Assembly (NCBI GenBank): GCA_046563655.1
Contig: CM102287.1
Span: forward strand, 1,426,001 to 1,490,000
Direction: 5' to 3'
Source of the DNA: Yuukianura sp. NJ FZ-2021
Lineage: Eukaryota
DNA: 64,000 nt
Each line of letters starts with the position of its first letter. The first letter of the stretch is position 1. This document shows positions 11,122-23,959 of the stretch, piece by piece. The notes beneath the pieces are model-generated. The model was given only the letters and a program-made list of their open reading frames with translations. It did no database searches and was not told where the DNA came from. Both the position numbers and the translations under genes were made by a program.

Positions 11122-11899
11122 GCGGTCATGTAGTTGGAAGCGGAGTTGAGAAGCCCCACGGCCCAAACGCCGCTTTCCCACCCCATCCCACCGACTGACG
11201 ACGCACCATTGTTCCCGTTCTCTGCGCAACACGAACCGTTGACCTTCCCCTTGCTCTTCCCATTTAGTAGCTCAGTCATAACTTGGCTGTTATTCGATCT
11301 CACTTGATCCAAGGTTCACTCCCCTCCTCCTGCGAAACACGATCAGCAGGAACTGAAATGACAGAAACAGAAACTAAATCAAAGTCCTCTTCTTGTTCCA
11401 ATTCCAAGTTGCCGTAACGCTAACCATAACAAATGTACTCGTCGGAGGACAATTTTTAACGATCACTCGATCAGGTCCTCTCGCATACCCTCCCAATGTC
11501 TTAATCCAACTTCCTAACGCTTTTCTTATCAACGGGAACGGGAGTCAAAACGTGTTATGTTCAGAAAAACACAAGTTCCCGAGAGGACGCCGTTAGAAAC
11601 AAGTAAACGGATGAGTAAACTTACTTTTAATATGATAAGTAGGTTTATGTTTATAAGCTTATAATCAATTCCTATTGAAGGTTAACTGACTTAGTGAACG
11701 AAAACTTCAAGAAACTACTTTATGGAGTTCGGGCAATCTCTGTTACGATAAAAAGAAAAGTTCGGAACCAGGTCAATAAATGCTACCAGTGACCAGGAAG
11801 TTCAGATTTCAATGTCACTATCAAAGTTTTAACAATAAACAGATAATCGATAAGTTGGATTTGGTGGGCACAGTACCACCATTAGTCACTTACGTCAAC

Positions 11900-13405
11900 C
11901 GGGGTAAGATGAGTCCACTTCTCACCCTTCCGTGCTTTTGGCTGCACTTGCAGTTGCACTTGGGTGCTTTATTTCCTGTTGTTTATGAGGATGAGTCGCT
12001 TTCTGTCAATGCTCTCCAAGTTCCACCACTTCCACCGACTGTTTACGACGTTCCTTCCAAGAACCACGGAAATCAATATCCGCCTTCAACGTCAGATCTT
12101 GGGACTTCTTTTCTTTCCTTGTTCCTTGAACTCCCTTTATCTCAATCCGACACCCCACGAATCTATCCGATTCCCGGAATCAAGGAACCAAATGCTGCGA
12201 AAATCCGATGACGGATGTCGCAACCAGCCGACACCGTACTTGAGTAATCTCCAGAATCCTAAGGAATGCTGTGGTGCCGCTAACTTTTACGTTAGCTTCC
12301 TGTCGTAAGGTGGTCGACGTTGCTACCGGTGGGAGGTTTGATGATGGACTGACGAGAGCGACGGACTTTCAAAAGTCACTTGAAGAAACTACTAATATGA
12401 AATCTGTGGGGATCTTGATCTGTTTGGGATTGGGAATCAAAAGAATAATATAATGGGAAGCAATTGTGAATCATTATTCGAGCCTCCACGAGCATGTGGG
12501 TCTCCGAGATCTCATCTTGAGATGAGTTCCCATGCAGTGAGGATGGAACGGGATAAGAAGACACTTGAAGGGCACAGAGTCATTTGCCAGGAAAGATACA
12601 GAGATTGTGGTTGATGAATTGGGATGAGAGGAGGCAGAGGTCAGATCATCATGCTCCGTCAACTGCAACACAAACCAAACTGAGCCATTAAAAATATTAC
12701 ATCTTCCTGCCACCTTGCCCTCCCCCAACCAACCCGTCAGCTGTGTTGTACTGTACAGTGTTTCACAAATCATAATCACCAAATCAGCTGAGTCGCTGAG
12801 TGATGAAGAGACTCGGCGAATTGGATTTGGAACGGGATTCGTTTTTAGCCTGTCCTGCCAGTCTCCTGCCTTGTCCATTCCCCGGCAACCTGTTGACCTC
12901 TGGGTTGTTTCCATAGTGAAGCTCAAGCTCAACTAAGTCACCACACAACTCACAAGCACAACAGTAAGTACCTCGCCTCGTCGACAAAGTATTTACGGTG
13001 AATAATTTAAGAAATTGAGATTTTATTCTGAACAGTTGAAAGATTTATTAATTTGAATACTTGTGTTGCTGTGTGGGTGGAAGAACTGGGTCAAAGGTTA
13101 TCGTATTATGTAGCAAGAGGTATTCCTCTTTATTTCAAACCCAGACACACTACCATCTCCACAATCTTTTTCCCCTGTCCTATTTCTAACCAACTTCTGA
13201 CTTGACGATTCAGTTTCTCTATTCATAAATGTATCCATTGCTACAACAAAAGATACCCGAATACTAAAATAGAATACCTTTGTTCCGTCTTTGTAATTCG
13301 GTTGTACGTTTTGGAATTCCAGGAAGTCGGAGGGGACCTTGTGTTTGTGAATCGTGAATAACGAGTGGCAGAATTAATTTGGAACTCGTGGAATCCTGTT
13401 CCCAT
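11900..13405 (-). CDS. Possible multi-exon gene of unknown function, divergent from NTAN1
   Basis: Coding-like stretches on the minus strand with plausible donors and acceptors (MGTGFHEFQ... from ~13405). I could not build a confident model. Confidence 0.25.
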
Positions 13406-13505
13406 CGTGCCTTCAACCGTCAACTCGGTTTCGTTTAGCAGCACGCCAAAACAGCGCAAACAAAAGTTGACCGTGACTAACGTTTGGTAGAGACGAGGCT
13501 AGAAG

Positions 13506-15103
13506 ATGGTGCTGTTGCTGGATGGTTTGGAGGTGGATGACCCTCCCGTCGACTGCCGCTCTCTCTTTGACCTTTGTCCATCCCTCAAAGAGAAGGGAGT
13601 GGAATTTGCATCCAGGTCACCCAAAATGGTCGGACCCATGGGACTACTTTACGTCGCTCAAAGAGAGTTTGCTATCGTCTCACCACAAGATAGTACGTTC
13701 CTCCTGTTCCTTGACAACTACCATTTTACCAAATTCGACTTTGTCACTACTCGTTCTTATTTATTTTATTTTCCAGAGCATGTTAGCATACTTGGAACCG
13801 ACAGTTGTACAACGTGCCTAGCAGTGGTTCTCCGGCATCCGGGTAAGACACCTAAATGATTTAGATGGGACAATCAGCCCAGCAGAGACAGACTTAGCGC
13901 TTTTGCCTTGGCAATCTTTGTGTGAAGAACTGAAGATGTAAAACGCTTGTCTCAAATTTTATTTTGTGTAGGTACTGGTGTGTTCGCCCTAGGCCATTTG
14001 GACTCCGTCTCTGTCGAAGGGGTTTGTTCCATGATTCAGAGGTTGGGAAAAATTAACTATCAAATAAATGTTATATAATAATATAGCATTTACATACTTT
14101 TCCGCATGAATAACCAATTAATTTGTTCCATTTTTCCAGATTACAGGATACCAGTTCCACGTACTACGAGGACGTCGTCCTCCAAATGCATTTGGTGGGT
14201 TCGTTCAATGACTTTCAAGGCTACAGCCATGAACTTGTCTTTGCCTTTCTCCGTGAGTACTACTAGTGTATGACCTAATATTAAACTAACCTCTAACGTG
14301 ACCAACTAACAAAATTAGTGACTGTTTATTAGGTTTAGAATATGATTGATCAATTGTGCTTCTACATAGATTGCATCCAGAAACTCAACACAAAAATCAA
14401 TCTCGTTTCTGCGTGTATCGGTGATGTAAATACAGCAATTCGAGCTTCCATTCCTTGGCCTGTTGTGCACGGCCTCGGTAAGTATTAAAAACCTAACCAA
14501 CGATATTTCATACTTTTCAGTTTAAAGAAATGAGTTTGGATTTCAGGTGTCAATCTTAGGACTGGAGACATTTTCCCAGCGACATTTCCAGATAGGGGTC
14601 CCGACATTCCGTTGCGTGGTGCTCGACTGTTTACTGGATCACACGCTGTAAATTTTGCATCCAAAAGGAGACCAACAAATCCTCATCTCCGTTGGACTTT
14701 ACATTTTACCTATCTGACATGACTTTTTGTTTCAGTTGCTTGAAGTTTACGACTACGGACTCGGTTTGCTTCGTATTGGTCCATTCCACTACGAGCCTAT
14801 GCGATGCGCACCAATTCTGCTCCAGCAGTCAGATGAATTTATCCTTCAGCACCTCTCTTCCTCGCCTCAAGTGGAACCACCGCATGTGGTAGATTGTGTA
14901 AGTTTTTTACGCTGATTCCACTGACATTCATCCAATTGCATCAATACTTCCATTCGCTGATATTTGACTTCTCTATTTAGATCAAGAGCACTCTGAGGCA
15001 CATCCAGGAGCACCCATTTCCAGAAATAACTGTTTTCCAAGACAACGGTCCACGGTGGTACCGAAAAGATGAGAGTGGCCAATGGATCTTTACTCGGTTA
15101 TAA
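13506..15103 (+). CDS. NTAN1: Protein N-terminal asparagine amidohydrolase, multi-exon
   Basis: LLYVAQREFA, ILGTDSCTTCLAVVLRHP, LGHLD, MHLVGSFND, TGDIFPATFPDRGPDIPLRGARLF, LRIGPFHY, SDEFILQHLSSSPQVEPPH; short GT-AG introns; stop at 15101-15103. Confidence 0.92.
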
Positions 15104-15488
15104 GGCGACGATTACTCGCGTTCCATTAGACAATTATACTCCTTCGCTGTCCAATCTCAGACGCTCCAAACTTCAACGACCACGTCCATTATGTTCAACG
15201 TGATATTTTTGCGTCAACATGTGAAGCCAATCATATATTTTATAAACGTTTTTGCCAGAAGGAGCGTAGCCTTATTATTCCCTTCCTTGCTCATTATCAC
15301 TCTAAAGATTGACAGGTTCTCTTGATGCATTTAAAATTGACGTGATTTTAAGAAATGTAATTAAAGCTTAGCAACAAGTCAAAATTCAAGTCAAGTCAAT
15401 TAATGTAACTGTGTATTAAAGTACTTTCACTACGATCGACTACAATGCCAGTCACTCTGAGGTAAGCTCATCACCGTAATGTTCAGAA

Positions 15489-18400
15489 TTAGAACCATTC
15501 TTTGAAACAAGCAATGTAAATAACCTTCATGATTTGTGTTGCTACACAGTAGGCCACGAGTTCCAGGAGAATGAATGGATACATGTCCAGCGGAAGATGG
15601 ATAAATTCCAGCGTATCCGAAATGTACGGGATCCACGGGAGTGCCATTGCAATTGCAATTATCAGAGTCGTCATGACAGTGACCTGAACGGAAGCAAATG
15701 ACTGGACAAAAGGAATCTTCGGTGTCCGCAGAAGATGGACAATAAAAGTCTGTGTCAAAATCCCAATGGCAAACCACGTTGTCCTGAACAGTCCCAAATT
15801 GTCATCTGGTCCACCAGTAATTCCATACAGAAAGTACATGTAAGCGAAGTACGTTATGTCGAAAATGGACGACAGAGGGCCAAAGAACACCATAAACTTC
15901 AGGACGGATTTCATTGACCAACGATGCGGGACTTTCAAAAATTCAGGATCCATTTTATCCCATGGTATTGCAGTCTAAAAATGACAATTTGAATTAATAT
16001 ATTATAATACATAAATTAATTAAACTTGCTCAATACATTTCAGTCATATCCGGCTTAGCCTCCTACCTGACTGATGTCGTAAAGCATGTTTTGAGTCAGC
16101 AATTGTAGTGGAAGAATTGGCGTAAATGGAAACCAAGCTGAAGCGACGAGCAGTGAGAAAGCATTTCCAAAGTTTGAAGAAATGGCCATCACGATGTACC
16201 TAAAAATTAAGAATTTTTATAAAATTTCATAATTTTGAGAATTTTTTTTTTGAAAATTTACTTGAGCGTATTGCCATAAGTTTGTCTCCCATAAATTACT
16301 CCGTCAGCTACAACCGTCAAGCTTTTCTCCAACAAAATAATGTCAGCCGAATCCCTAGCAATTTCCGTTCCATTGTCAACTGACAATCCAATGTCAGCCT
16401 CCTTAAGAGCATTCGCATCATTGATTCCATCACCCAGAAATCCAACAACATGTCCATTCACTTTCAGAGCTCGAACGAGCTTTGCTTTTTGCAATGGCGT
16501 CAGTTTGGCAAAAATTGTTCCAGTTTCAGCCAGTGTGCAGATTTGTTCATCAGTAGCTCCGTCCAGGTCTCTTGACGTCACTACTCCTGTCACAGGTAGC
16601 TTCACATCTTCACAAATTTTGCGACAAATCAGTTCTGAATCGCCTGACAAAACTTTGATCTGAATGTTGTGTTGCAGAAGAGTCTTTATTGCTGGAAGGG
16701 TAGATTGTTTCGGTGGATCTTGAAAAGCAATGAAGCCAGCAAACACCATTTGGGACTCACTCATGACATGAAGTGACGGCGGAGCTTCTGGAAATGTTTT
16801 ATAGGCTACAGCAATTACACGCAGACCATTTTGATTCAATTTATTGTTCAAAGACTTGAGATGTGTTTGAACATCCGGAGTCATTTCGACTGCTCGAGCA
16901 CGACTGATTGGAAGCAACTCTTCAGCAGATAGGATCCCTTGATTTTGCGTACTGCCACTGCTCCCATCAAATTCTTCACCAATACAAACATGACTACATT
17001 TCGAAAGCATTTCATCCACGGCTCCTTTCGTTACTAACAAATTTTGTGTTCTGTCGTTTTTAGCTTGGATCAAAACGGACATGCGTCGACGCACAAAATC
17101 AAACGGAAGTTCATCCAATTTTTGAAATTTAGTGGCCATTCTTGGAACGCGTCGGCTAGGATGAAAGCGGTCAGAGAATTTTTTACGAAAGTAATCTACT
17201 ATAGCCATGTCCATCAAATTGGCCAATCCCGTTTGAAAGTGTGAATTGAGAAAAGCAAGTTGCATTGGAAATGTGGCCGGATTGCCGTAAGCATCCAAAT
17301 GCTGAATCAGTGCAACTCGATTTTGTGTTAATGTTCCTGTTTTGTCTACAGCCAAAACATTCATCCCGCCAAGATTGATAATGGCGTCCAAATTTTTGAC
17401 AATACATTTCTTTTTGGCCAATAGAAATGCTCCGCGCGACAGCGTCGCACTTACAATCATCGGCAGCATTTCTGGAGTAAGTCCAACAGCAGCAGCTAAA
17501 GCAAACAGAGCCGCTTCGTACCAACCATCTCCTGGATGAATGTAGCCCTGAAGCAGAAATATTGGCGGAACTAAACAAATCATCGTGAGGAAGAAAATCC
17601 AAGAAATTCTGCGCACGCCCAATTGAAACGCATTTGTTGACCTCTGCTTCCCCAATTCTTGAGCCATACTTCCAAAGTACGTTTGGTTTCCAATTGCACG
17701 AACAATTCCAGTCCCAGTTCCAGATACGACTGAAGTTCCCATGTAACATAGACTCGGATTATCCGTTTCCGCTTGAATTGTAGTATTGATGTCTTTCAAT
17801 TTTTCTACTCTCAAACCAAACAAGTTTCTGAAAAAGATTGTCACTGACTCAAGGCACGAATTGCCAGAACTGGTCGAATGGCGAACATGGACAGTGTCAG
17901 TTTCTTGTGGAATTGGAAGGACAATGTCTCCATCACGTCGCTCGGCTGTTGGATCCACTTGTTTCATCACTTCAGTCGCTTCACCCGTTAGTGACGATTG
18001 AGATATAAACAAATCTTTGGCTTCCAGTAAAAATAGGTCGGCAGGAATCAAATCTCCAGCAGCCAACTTTACCTATTATTAATATTGTTCAATAATTAAT
18101 TATTGGCTTCGAAAGTTCAAATGCACGTTGGAGTGGGAGAGAAGAGGGGGTATACAAATCATGGAGGGAATTTCATGACAATCTGCTTATTAACATCCTC
18201 CAAACCGATTAAATTTAAATTAGTTCTTCTCGCATAGAATTTATTTGTATTAATTATGGAAAATTCTAAATTAACGCTTTTTTTTTCATTTTTGAACGAT
18301 ATAGGAATAGTGTGCAGCACCTATAAGAATGGTTTGGAAATGTCGACGATCATTGTGATAAGGCCAACTGATTCTAAATAGAGAAAGTCAGTATTTTTTA

Positions 18401-19678
18401 AATGCCGTATGCAATATCTATTGCCTTTGGAGTTTTCGAAGTCACTTTATACGCCCTAAATAATAAATTTAATTCTTTAACATAATTTTAACTTTCATAA
18501 AATCAAATTTTGTTTTCCTCATGCGTACTTTGTTTCAAAGGTAGGATCACATCATGATAAAATAATAAGTAATTCCATAATGAACTGGTTATTAATGAGT
18601 TGTGATCAGTTTTTAGCAATGTTCCAAAGTTAACCACCGACTAACATTAATACAGTTAAAAACTAATCCCACTTATTTGTATTTCTCATGTGTCTCTGAT
18701 TTCAAAAAAGCGTTGAATGCCAAGCAGTATACCTTCTGGCCGACTTTTCCCTCCATGATTTTGCTCCCCGCCAATTCTCCCACCAAAGCGTCTCCCTTCT
18801 TAACCATACCAATTGCCTTGCCATACAATTTTAAACCAAAATAATTGAGGGCTTAATTATAATTTAATTAACACAAAAAATTAATAGTGAACAAGTCATC
18901 AATCGTACCCAGTCTCCAGGAACAATATTTTCAGCCAAAATTTTTTCAGTGTAAACATCTCCATCTGTTACAGTAGATTCATTTGTGATGAGAGATGCTC
19001 TGCTAGAAGTTGTATCACTCGACTCATCTTCATCATCTCTGTATCTAAAAACTGTCACAGTATTTGATACAAATTGCTTCAGATTTTGAGCAGCTCTCGC
19101 TGATTTCCATTCTTGAACGAATCGAATTAAAATGGAAACGAGGACCATGACCATCATGATTGTTGTAGCATTTAAGTCATCCATTGCTGCACTACTTGCA
19201 GCCAGTATTCCCAGAAGTACATTAAACGGATGGAAAATTGCAGAGAACAAGATGGAGTACCATGTCACATTTCCGGTTGTTACGATCGTATTTTTTCCAT
19301 ACAGTTTTTGTCTTTCCTTGGCTTCAGCTCTCGACAAAGGACGCTGACGCGTCTGCGCAGGAGCAGTGAATTGAGCCACTTGGGAAAAATCAAATCCGCC
19401 GTCAAAAACTTGTGGTGGGGCCGGTGCCACCGGTGGGACAATAGTCACCAGGGACGGTGCTTCAAAAACAAAAGAATTTTCAAAACAAGTTTTTCAAAGA
19501 AAAGAATTCAGAAAAGAATTTCGTTAAAAAAAATCTTTTCATTCAAAACACTCCATTCAAAAGTTCCTTTCATCCAAAAATTCCTTTCATCCAAAAAGTT
19601 TTGTGTGATAAAATTCGAATTCTTTGAATAGCATTTCTGTCTCTTACCTGCTTCTTCTTCTTCCACGATACGGTCCAT
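15489..19678 (-). CDS. mgtA: Mg2+-transporting P-type ATPase (P3B, MgtA/MgtB-like), five exons
   Basis: LFISQSSLTGE, AVGLTPEMLPMIV, DKTGTLT, DELPFDFVRRRMSV, FQDPPK, GFLGDGINDA, YGRQTYGNTLK|Y, SSNFGN, FFGPLSSIFD, TQTFIVHLLRTPKIPFVQS are all MgtA-typical. Approximate exons 19678-19648, 19464-18910, 18072-16262, 16199-16067, 15975-15489. Confidence 0.92.
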
Positions 19679-21223
19679 TCTCGAATTAACACTTTTATTG
19701 TTGACTCAATCTTCAGTTTCTTTTTAAGTTAATAAATAATAAATGCTATGGTGTGAAATTGAACTCTAAAATTGAAATTGAATTTCTACATTTTAAAACT
19801 GGAAATGCATTTGAATTTATTCTGTTCATTTCGCAACAGTCGATTTAAGACTAAACGCAAACTTAAAGTGAGTAATTGAAAATAAATGGGAATGGTTAGT
19901 AATCATAAGGATGCCGAGATCAGGAGTTCATTGTGGATGGTGGTATATTGTGTGTCATATTTAATTTCTAGGAACCAGTTCCTAAAGTACCTAAAAACCC
20001 ATGACTAGGTGCAAATACTTGCAACCGCATCCGACGGCGTCACATAATAGTCCCATGAACTCTCAGCCTGCAACAAAAGACGTTTGGAGTTTATGACAAT
20101 GCATTTAGTTAAGGAAAACTAACGGGTCAAAAGTCAAGCCAGTCAAAGCATCACAAGAGTTTAAAGCAAAAGAAGAGAGAACTTTAAATGATCACAGATT
20201 AAACCAAAAGTTCCGCAGAAGTGAATACGAAGAGTGACCATGACGAATTTCTTATTAGCCAATCTGTTCAAGCTATAATTTACTAATAATTTATATGATG
20301 CATTCTATGTAAACTTATTATTATTATTTTTTTTTTTTATAATTTTTCACAGCTCCTAAACAAAGTAGTTTTTTTTAATAAGCGTCCGTTTGATTTTATT
20401 TCTAAACTTTGAAACAGCTTACAGTTTGTTTTGAAGTAATAAAGAACACAAGCAAAATCATTTGTACAGATTACATTATGTAATTCATCATTTACATTTT
20501 ATAATTTAAATGATTTTTTTAATTTAGCTGTTGCGTTTAAATTTAAATTACTTGTTTATTACAGTATTGTTCCTTAAACAACACAGAACAATGAAGTTTA
20601 ATTGCATAGTGAATAGGTTGCTCATTTTAAAGACATTTTGAAATTGTAGTGTAAAGTTTTTCCTTCCTCGGAAAACCACTTCCGTTTGAAGATCCATATT
20701 GCCCATGCCCTCCACTAAAAGTAAAAATATAAAAGCTTCAAGAATATTTACGAGTGTAACTTTGTGATCCTCCTCAATGCATGTGTTTCTCTCACAAAGT
20801 CTACATGTAAAATTAGGATTTGTGGCCTTGGAAGCATATGATTTGTGATAGTTCTAACTGGATCATGTGGTAATAGCAAGCACCTCTTACACTCCTACAA
20901 AATTTTAAGAGTTTACTAGATATTACTAAAGCATAACATAACATAAAGAACTATTCGTTATAAACTTATGTGTGCAATAGTGCAATCCCCAGGCACTACC
21001 TAATTCCTAATTTCGATCAGGAAATGAAATATTTTTTTTTGATCAAGGAAGTGTCTGATAAAAAAAAAGTTTATGGTTTTTTCCACTACAGTTCACAGTC
21101 TGTGAAATCCACACCTAAACTACACATTCAGAAAACAGACATTGCATTGGATTGGTTGGAGTAAGTGCTTGTGTCGTTTTTCAACTTTCAAACAGTTGGT
21201 CCTGTTGAACTGAATTGTTATTG

Positions 21224-23500
21224 ATGAAAATGACAGCGAAATGTGAGAAATCGCATCTTTCCAGTAGGCTCAGTTCGGATGTTCACAATTCGGATATTTC
21301 CAAACGATTTGCACTGGACGCCAAATACAAAGGGCTCAACAAAAGCATTTGGTATGTGCATGATTATGATTAACACAGTGCTAACGGATCCGATTTCAGT
21401 TTGGTTTTGCATAGTAGACACGGCCTTGGCCATCGGAACAAACCGAAAAGCGCACCATTGTTAGATTAGATAAGCGGCCAGAGAAATGTATTCGAGCAAA
21501 AAATCTAAAAAAAAACAACATTCTTTTCCAACCTCACACATCGAAAAAAAAATCTGCCTATGCAAAACAGACTTTATTAGGATCTACAGATCTCTGTATA
21601 TAGTTTGAAAAGATTCTAAATATGCACTTTATTATGTAATTAGTAATGACCAGAATTAACTAAATTCTTATTAATTAATAATTAGGAAGGAATTCCATGA
21701 TTTGAGCAGAAAATATTGTCCAGTTGACCTCTCTTATGGCTCTCCAGACTTTACGCCTGCTGAAGAAATTGTCAACCAATGGAACACTTACTGTGGCCTC
21801 ACAAACAATTCTGAAATGCACCAATACACTGCAATGTCTGTAAGGTCAATGAAGTTGTAGCTGAATCTATTTTTCAATTCAGCTCGGAATGAATGCAAAC
21901 AAAAGTTCATAAAACAAATCATATTCAGGAATAGTTACAAGGTTATAAATGCTATAATAATAATGCATTTATAATTATGCGAAATGTTTTTGTTTGATTT
22001 TAGGGTCATCCTAGGCTTGTGAATGTGCTGGCCAAACTTTATGGGAAACTATTAAATAGAGTCATTGACCCTAACCAGGTTTACTCTTTAAATCCTAGTA
22101 CAATAAGAAATAATACGAAATAATAATAAATACTATTAAAAATGAGTGATTCATTTGAATTTGTATTTTTTCCTGCTATGAACAGGAAATTCTCATTACA
22201 ATTGGTGCCTCCAATGCCCTTTTTTGCTCAATCATGTCGAACATTGGCCATGGGGAAGAAGTAATATTTTTAATGAAATTTTGTGTACATCCATGAATTT
22301 ACATAAAATACGTTTCTATTCTGACAAGTACAGGTCATCCTGATTGAACCATCGTTTGACATTTACGAAAGTTTGGTGACTTTAGCTGGAGGAAAGGCTG
22401 TTTTTATTCCCTTAAGACAAATGGATCCAACGAATGAGTCCAGTGCTTCATGGAAACTGGACATGGGCGAACTGGAAAGTCTTTTTAATTCCAAAACAAA
22501 AGCGCTGGTTCTAAACAATCCTACGAATCCTCTGGGAAAAGTATTTTCCAAGTCTGAATTAGTTGTAAGGCTTCATCTATTATCGCCACTACTGATATAC
22601 AGTTTCATTAAATAATTATTCCATGTTTTGTCTTATCTTTCATGTTTGTAGGAAATCGCCAATCTTTGCAGAAAATACAAAGTGCTGATCATCAGTGATG
22701 AAGTTTACGAGTGGTTTGTTTTTGATGGAACAACACATGAACGCATGAGCTCAATCTTATGGGACCAAACGGTGAAACTCTCGATTGTTTTGGAAATAGT
22801 TTCAAAATTATGAAATTCAACTTTGTTCAATTACTTTAGGTTACGATTGGGTCTGTTGGAAAAACGTTTGGTTTAACTGGATGGCGAATTGGTTGGGCCT
22901 TTGGGCCATCGTATCTCATCAGTAACCTCCAAGTAGCTTCCAGAAACGGGATTTACCAAGTGGAAACTCCAGGGCAAGAGATTATCGCTGCCACGCTGGA
23001 AGCTGAAATTGAAAAACTTGGAACATCGGATTCCATATTTGCAAAACTAAGACTAGATTTGGAGAAACGAAGGAACCAAATGGTACAAATTGTAAGAGAC
23101 TGCGGCATGACTCCAATTGTACCACAAGGTGGCATTTTTGTTATTGCCAATTGGAAGTCACTGGGTGAGCAATTTGAGCGTTTCCATTGTTTCATTGTAG
23201 TCAAATTATACCTTAATGCCTGATAGTCACAGAGTTTGTAATTAAGAAACTTAAATTTTAGCGTCAACTATTGACTGGGAAGATGACAGTGATGAGCGGA
23301 GAGACGTCCGCTTCGTTCATTGGTTAGTGAAACATCGTAACCTATTGGCCATTCCACCATCTTTGTTCTACTGTCCAGCGCACAAAGACTTGGCTCAGGA
23401 CTACATTCGACTGTGTTTCTTCCGGAAAACTGAAACACTGGCCAAAGCAAGTCAAATCCTCATGGATTTGAAAAGGTCTTCGAAAACTATTGAACACTGA
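21224..23500 (+). CDS. KYAT: Kynurenine-oxoglutarate aminotransferase / cysteine-conjugate beta-lyase (class I PLP aminotransferase), multi-exon
   Basis: GHPRLV, EILITIGA, LVLNNPTNPLGKVF, ISDEVYEW, VTIGSVGKTFGLTGWRIGW (PLP lysine), PQGGIF, YIRLCF; short GT-AG introns. Confidence 0.9.
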
Positions 23501-23959
23501 AAAATACATATCAAACTCTTTTTCTTTCCTTTAAGTTTATTTTTGTTTGTCTACTCTTGTCTCTCTTTCCACCTGCTTCAAACGTCCTCTGGACAGAAAT
23601 AAAATTTTGGTTAATAATTGCTAAATCTACCCAATTCTCCAAGTAATCAGATCAACTTTGACTTCCTGGAAACGTGAATCCACTTTTCATGTTGCTGAAT
23701 AACAATTCTCGAGCAATTGACAATTGAATTGCTGACTTAAGTTTGTTGAAGTTATTTGGTTGAAAGCTATGAATGGATTAGAACTCAACCGAAGGCAGAC
23801 TAAAGGCTTATCACAACAGTCGGACCACACAGCAGGCAGGCGTTAGCAAATTGCAAATTGCAGCTTCACTATCAGTAAATTCAGTTTAGAACCAAATACA
23901 TACCACCTACCTTTCATTTGAACCGGCCGGATTCCTACTCATTTTTTTTACCCGTTGTC

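Larger units (their letters stand above)
9790..11279 (-). pseudogene. sn: Fascin (singed-like) 5' portion, interrupted by a MITE and apparently truncated
   Basis: MTELLNG...[35 protein letters not shown]...[20 protein letters not shown]; intron ~10042-10111; [14 protein letters not shown]...HLCARPQVNLRSVGRKRFARL...WGSDTLFTLQFRQG, then a stop with no splice donor. Confidence 0.85.

Noticed and set aside
15489..19678. Bacterial contamination as the source of mgtA
   Set aside because: The gene has GT-AG introns and is contiguous with intron-rich animal genes.
21374..21462. Possible tiny MITE (CACAGTG...CATTGT) in the first KYAT intron
   Set aside because: Terminal repeats too short and imperfect, and no clear TSD.
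23769..23780. ATGAATGGATTA matches part of the deleted 28S segment, near the array border
   Set aside because: 12-nt isolated match with no flanking similarity; not evidence of the relocated segment.
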